A stretch of DNA of 64,000 bases from Eledone cirrhosa. Taxonomy: Eukaryota. The stretch lies in NCBI GenBank assembly GCA_964016885.1, contig OZ024740.1, forward strand, positions 225,680,001 to 225,744,000. The letters are read 5' to 3'. Positions 60,514-64,000 of this stretch are shown piece after piece. Numbering within the stretch: the stretch's first letter is position 1; every line of letters begins with the position of its first letter. The translations under genes were made by a program, and so were the position numbers. Below the pieces are notes generated by a model. That model saw only the letters and a list, made by a program, of their open reading frames with translations, ran no database searches and was not told the origin of the DNA.

Positions 60514-62405
60514 CGTTGTATGGGCTTCGAAAAGAGCACAAAACGGGCTGTGACCCTGTCGCGGGACCACCAACACGGCCAGTCTGTTGAGCTAACATTG
60601 CTAGTAACTACAGACTGTCCTACTTCCTCTCCCTGATCATACGCCCCATCATTGAGATGTCCACAGATGTATGTGACAGCACGGAGGACCTCCTCAGCAG
60701 AATCGGCGTGAGTATCCGATCTGGGGACCTAACAAACTGCATAATAGGCAGTATGGATTTTGTGTCCCTATATCCATCTATTGACGTGGATTTTGCTGTG
60801 GAGAAATGCGCAGAAATGATCAGCGAGAGCAAGGTTGAGTTCCGTGGGATTGATACCAGTGAGCTGGGACTTCTACTTAAGCTTACCCATAGTAATAGTT
60901 ACCTAGACACATACGACCTTAGCAACCTGTGCCCTACAAGACCAGCAAGAGGCAGACCACCTACCATTACCTCAATGGCCAAGAAAACCCACACAGATAG
61001 ATGGAACGGGTGGACCAGAGCCATACGGACACCCGAAAACCACGATGAACTGAAGAAAATGATTGCACATGCGGTAGGGGCCAGCATAAAATTAACCCTT
61101 AAGGAACATATGTTCAAATTTAATGGAAAAACATGCCCAAGAGGAAGGAGCAGCCATTGGTGTTAGCATTGCAGGCGACATAGCTAACTTATTCATGGTA
61201 TGGTGGGACAGTAGACTTAAACTTAAACTTAAAGAACAATTAGAAGACAGCTTAACCCTGATAATGTACTCCCGCTACGTAGATGATATAAACATCGTAG
61301 TTAAGACACCCCACTAGAGAACAGTCAGGAACTAGAGAAAAACACAATGGAAAGCATCCAGCAAATAGCAAATTCCATCCACCAGAGCATTAGAGTTACT
61401 CTAGACTACCCAAGTAGACATCCCAACCATCGATTACCTGTACTAGACACAGAGCTCTGGTTATATACCATTAACAACCAAAAACAAATCCTCCATTCCC
61501 ATTATTCCAAACCCATGACTTCCAAACATCTGATCCACCGAAACTCGGCCATTTCGGACCATACCAAAATCAACATACTGATTGCGGATTTGGTACGGGT
61601 GATGAGAAATGTGTCCCGCATGTGCAACCCCGAAGAATTAGAGAGACACATACAACACTTCATCCACCGTATGCAGTTCTCTGGCTACAATCAGAGAGAT
61701 AGAATCAGAGTGTATAGAGGAGCCAGAACCAAATGGGAAAAAATGGTAAATAATGACATAAATGGGACCTGCCCCTTGTATAGGAGAAAATTTTGGAATA
61801 GAATAGAAAGAACTAGGAACAAGGCCAATAGAATAAACTCATGGTATGATAGCAATAAATACCAGAGTGTAATGTTCATCGATACAACCCCTGGAGGCAA
61901 ACTAGCCTACAAATTTAGAAGGGCCCTAAATAAACATAAACTCAATATTAAGATAGTAGAAAGACCAGGTACCTCCGTAAAAACACTTATTAGCAAGACA
62001 TACCCGTTCCAAAGACCCTCATGTATAGATAAGAAATGTATAACCTGTAAAATAAGCCCCCATATTAACTGTAAAACTAGAAATGTAGTGTATAGCATAA
62101 GATGTACTGAAGGACAATGTAGAAACAAAAATATAGTGTACATAGGTGAGACAGCTCGTAGTATAGGGGAACGGATAAATGAACATTGGCGAGACCTTCA
62201 AGATAATAAAGAATCATCTGTACTCTACCAACATGCTAAGATAGAACACAAGGGTAAATTAGAGAACATAGAAATAAAAATAGAATCTACACACAGAAAA
62301 GATGCAATGTTTAGACAAATTACAGAGGCAATAAACATAAAAGAATTACAACCAAAATTAAATAGGAAATATGAGTGGAACAGCAACATCACAACTTACA
62401 ATTAA
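60514..62405 (+). pseudogene. Penelope-type reverse transcriptase / GIY-YIG endonuclease, disrupted
   Basis: LYGLRK.H, GPPTRPVC, GSMDFVSLYPSI, QEEGAAIG, RYVDDI, LPVLDTEL, Cys-rich linker CIDKKCITC..C, NVVYSIRC..YIGETARS..RINEH..EAINI..LN; a stop near 60587 and frameshifts near 61130 and 61315. Confidence 0.92.
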
Positions 62406-62505
62406 GGACAAAATGAAAACACACACACACATAGAACAAACAACCAACCAATAACATGTAAATAAATAAACAAATAGATAAATGAACACAAACACACACA
62501 GACAC

Positions 62506-62661
62506 CCGGATGTGGCGCATGCGCAAACTGAGCACACAACACACACAGAAACAAAATGGCGTAGGACAGAAGAAAGAAAAGGCACAGAAACAAAGAAAGG
62601 AATCCCCAGTCACTGAAGAGGTCACAGAGTGTGTGACGAAAGGACTATGACTATATATAAA
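62506..62661 (+). promoter_or_regulatory. Candidate pLTR promoter motif cluster
   Basis: ETS-like CCGGATGT 62506, NRF1-like GCGCATGCGCA 62515, YY1-like AAAATGGCG 62553, TATA-like CTATATATAAA 62651. Confidence 0.5.
62608..62652 (+). ncRNA. Minimal type I hammerhead ribozyme (3' pLTR)
   Basis: AGTCA-CTGAAGA-g-GTCACA..TGTGAC-GAAA-ggac-TA-TGACT. Confidence 0.85.
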
Positions 62662-62743
62662 CAAATATCTGGTTGTGGAACCAACCAACCAACCAGAAAT
62701 TTATAAATTTGTAGATTTGTAGATTTATAAATTTATAAATATA

Positions 62744-63702
62744 CTAGCAGTAAAGCCCGGCGTTGCTCGGGGTCGCTCAGTAGCTGTGTTAAAGTTACAA
62801 TGTTAAGTTTCTTTTTTGGCTTAAAAACTGTAGTGTCTACTGTGCAGACTTGCATGTGGTGTTTTTGATTAATATTCCCTCAACCAACAATATGCCTTAT
62901 GAAGTTAAGAAAACATAACGATAACCCGAATGTTATAACAAAAGAGGATGCTGGGGATAAAAACTGCACTGGTTATTTATTAACAAAGATCGAAAATGTA
63001 AACACTGCAACGCAGAGAAAAACATTAGCGTAACCAAATTATCAGTTATGTCTGTCTGCACGCCTATATCACCTCTCTGCACGACTGTCTGTCTGCACGC
63101 CTATATCACCTCTCTGCACGACTATCTGTCTGCACGCGTATATCACCTCTCTGCACGACTGTCTGTCTGCACGACTGTCTGTCTGCACGTCTAACGAAAT
63201 TTACAGATACATATATTTTAAATAAACTTATATAATTTTTGCTTTTTTTTACGAAATATTTGCTTGTTTTACGTAGTCTTTAAATAGACTTGTTTTCAAG
63301 TAAAAATATTGTTTTAAAAGGCTTTTAAATGGAAATGAAGCAAAACGGAAGCTTAGTGTTCGAACTGATGAATTTTGCAGGTCAAAATTTTGCTGGCTCG
63401 ACAACTGTTCGTGTATTGTGTTAATGTCATTTTAAACGCTGAGAAAGCCAGCGTAAAACGTAAGACGCTCAATGTAAACAGAACAAAGGGAAATAACTCG
63501 TCACTTACGCTCAAAAATCGATACATTAGATTAGGTTTCGTCACATAGGGTGGGTCAATTTGAAATATTTTTTTCCGATGTCTTCGCTAGGGCTCAATGT
63601 ACAAGTATAGCAATTTCGGTGCAATTCCGTCAGAGATTCTAAGAGGAGATGTGTGCCAAAAATCGATAGACAGACAGACAACCACAGCTTTATATATATA
63701 GA
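62744..63702 (-). mobile_element. Complete non-autonomous Helitron (959 bp)
   Basis: Minus strand 5' TC...CTAG 3', subterminal hairpin CCCGAGCAACGCCGGG, inserted between A and T without TSD; empty site visible in pLTR copy at ~60220-60240. Confidence 0.9.
63050..63190. repeat. 37-bp minisatellite (~3.5 copies) inside the Helitron
   Basis: GTCTGTCTGCACGCCTATATCACCTCTCTGCACGACT. Confidence 0.9.
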
Positions 63703-63769
63703 TAATAAATTGAAGTGAAAGCAACTGGTGCGTGTGTTTCTTATTGGCAACATGACCCTCCCAAATTAT

Positions 63770-63775
<6 letters not shown>

Positions 63776-63810
<35 letters not shown>

Positions 63811-64000
63811 AAATATATATATATATATATAAGAAATATATATATATATATATAAGAAATATATATATATATAAGAAATATATATATATATATATAAGAA
63901 ATATATATATATATATATAAGAAATATATATATATATATATAAGAAATATATATATATATAAGAAATATATATATATATATATAGGAAATATATATATAT
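63776..64000. repeat. [(TA)n-AGAAA] higher-order microsatellite
   Basis: TAAGAAATA motif between TA runs. Confidence 0.92.

Larger units (their letters stand above)
60097..63775 (+). mobile_element. Penelope-like retroelement: inverted pLTR (60097-60513), 5'-truncated ORF, 3' pLTR interrupted by a Helitron
   Basis: RT + GIY-YIG coding, inverted pLTR copy, HHRs in both pLTRs, (TA)n flanks. Confidence 0.93.

Noticed and set aside
60580-60595. In-frame TGA in Penelope RT as selenocysteine
   Set aside because: Falls at a probable Gly (RPVCGA) and the copy also has frameshifts; simple nonsense mutation

Overview
AT-rich, repeat-saturated eukaryotic non-coding DNA, most likely from an octopod cephalopod (inferred from SINE types and giant (TA)n/(TATG)n arrays). 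No host protein-coding gene can be supported; all long poly-Tyr/Ile ORFs are microsatellite artefacts. The window holds CR1/L2-group LINE fragments (one with an uninterrupted 769-aa RT ORF, and one family present as a duplicated and inverted triplet), RTE fragments, two Penelope-like elements (RT + GIY-YIG) with inverted pseudo-LTRs, many tRNA-derived SINEs, a cleanly nested non-autonomous Helitron, hAT/mariner MITEs, a Chapaev3-like left end and a probable solo-LTR family. The most striking signal is a set of at least five sequence-unrelated families of type I hammerhead ribozymes (HHR), read by eye. Most sit in ORF-less units of about 320-590 bp, inserted in (TA)n, that are tandem or circularly permuted and carry an inverted partial copy on their 5' side, as the Penelope element does. 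This is a candidate retrozyme / non-autonomous Penelope system, including natural core variants (U3-A8, U4C) and compensatory stem changes between copies. All structures were paired manually; no folding or database search was run.
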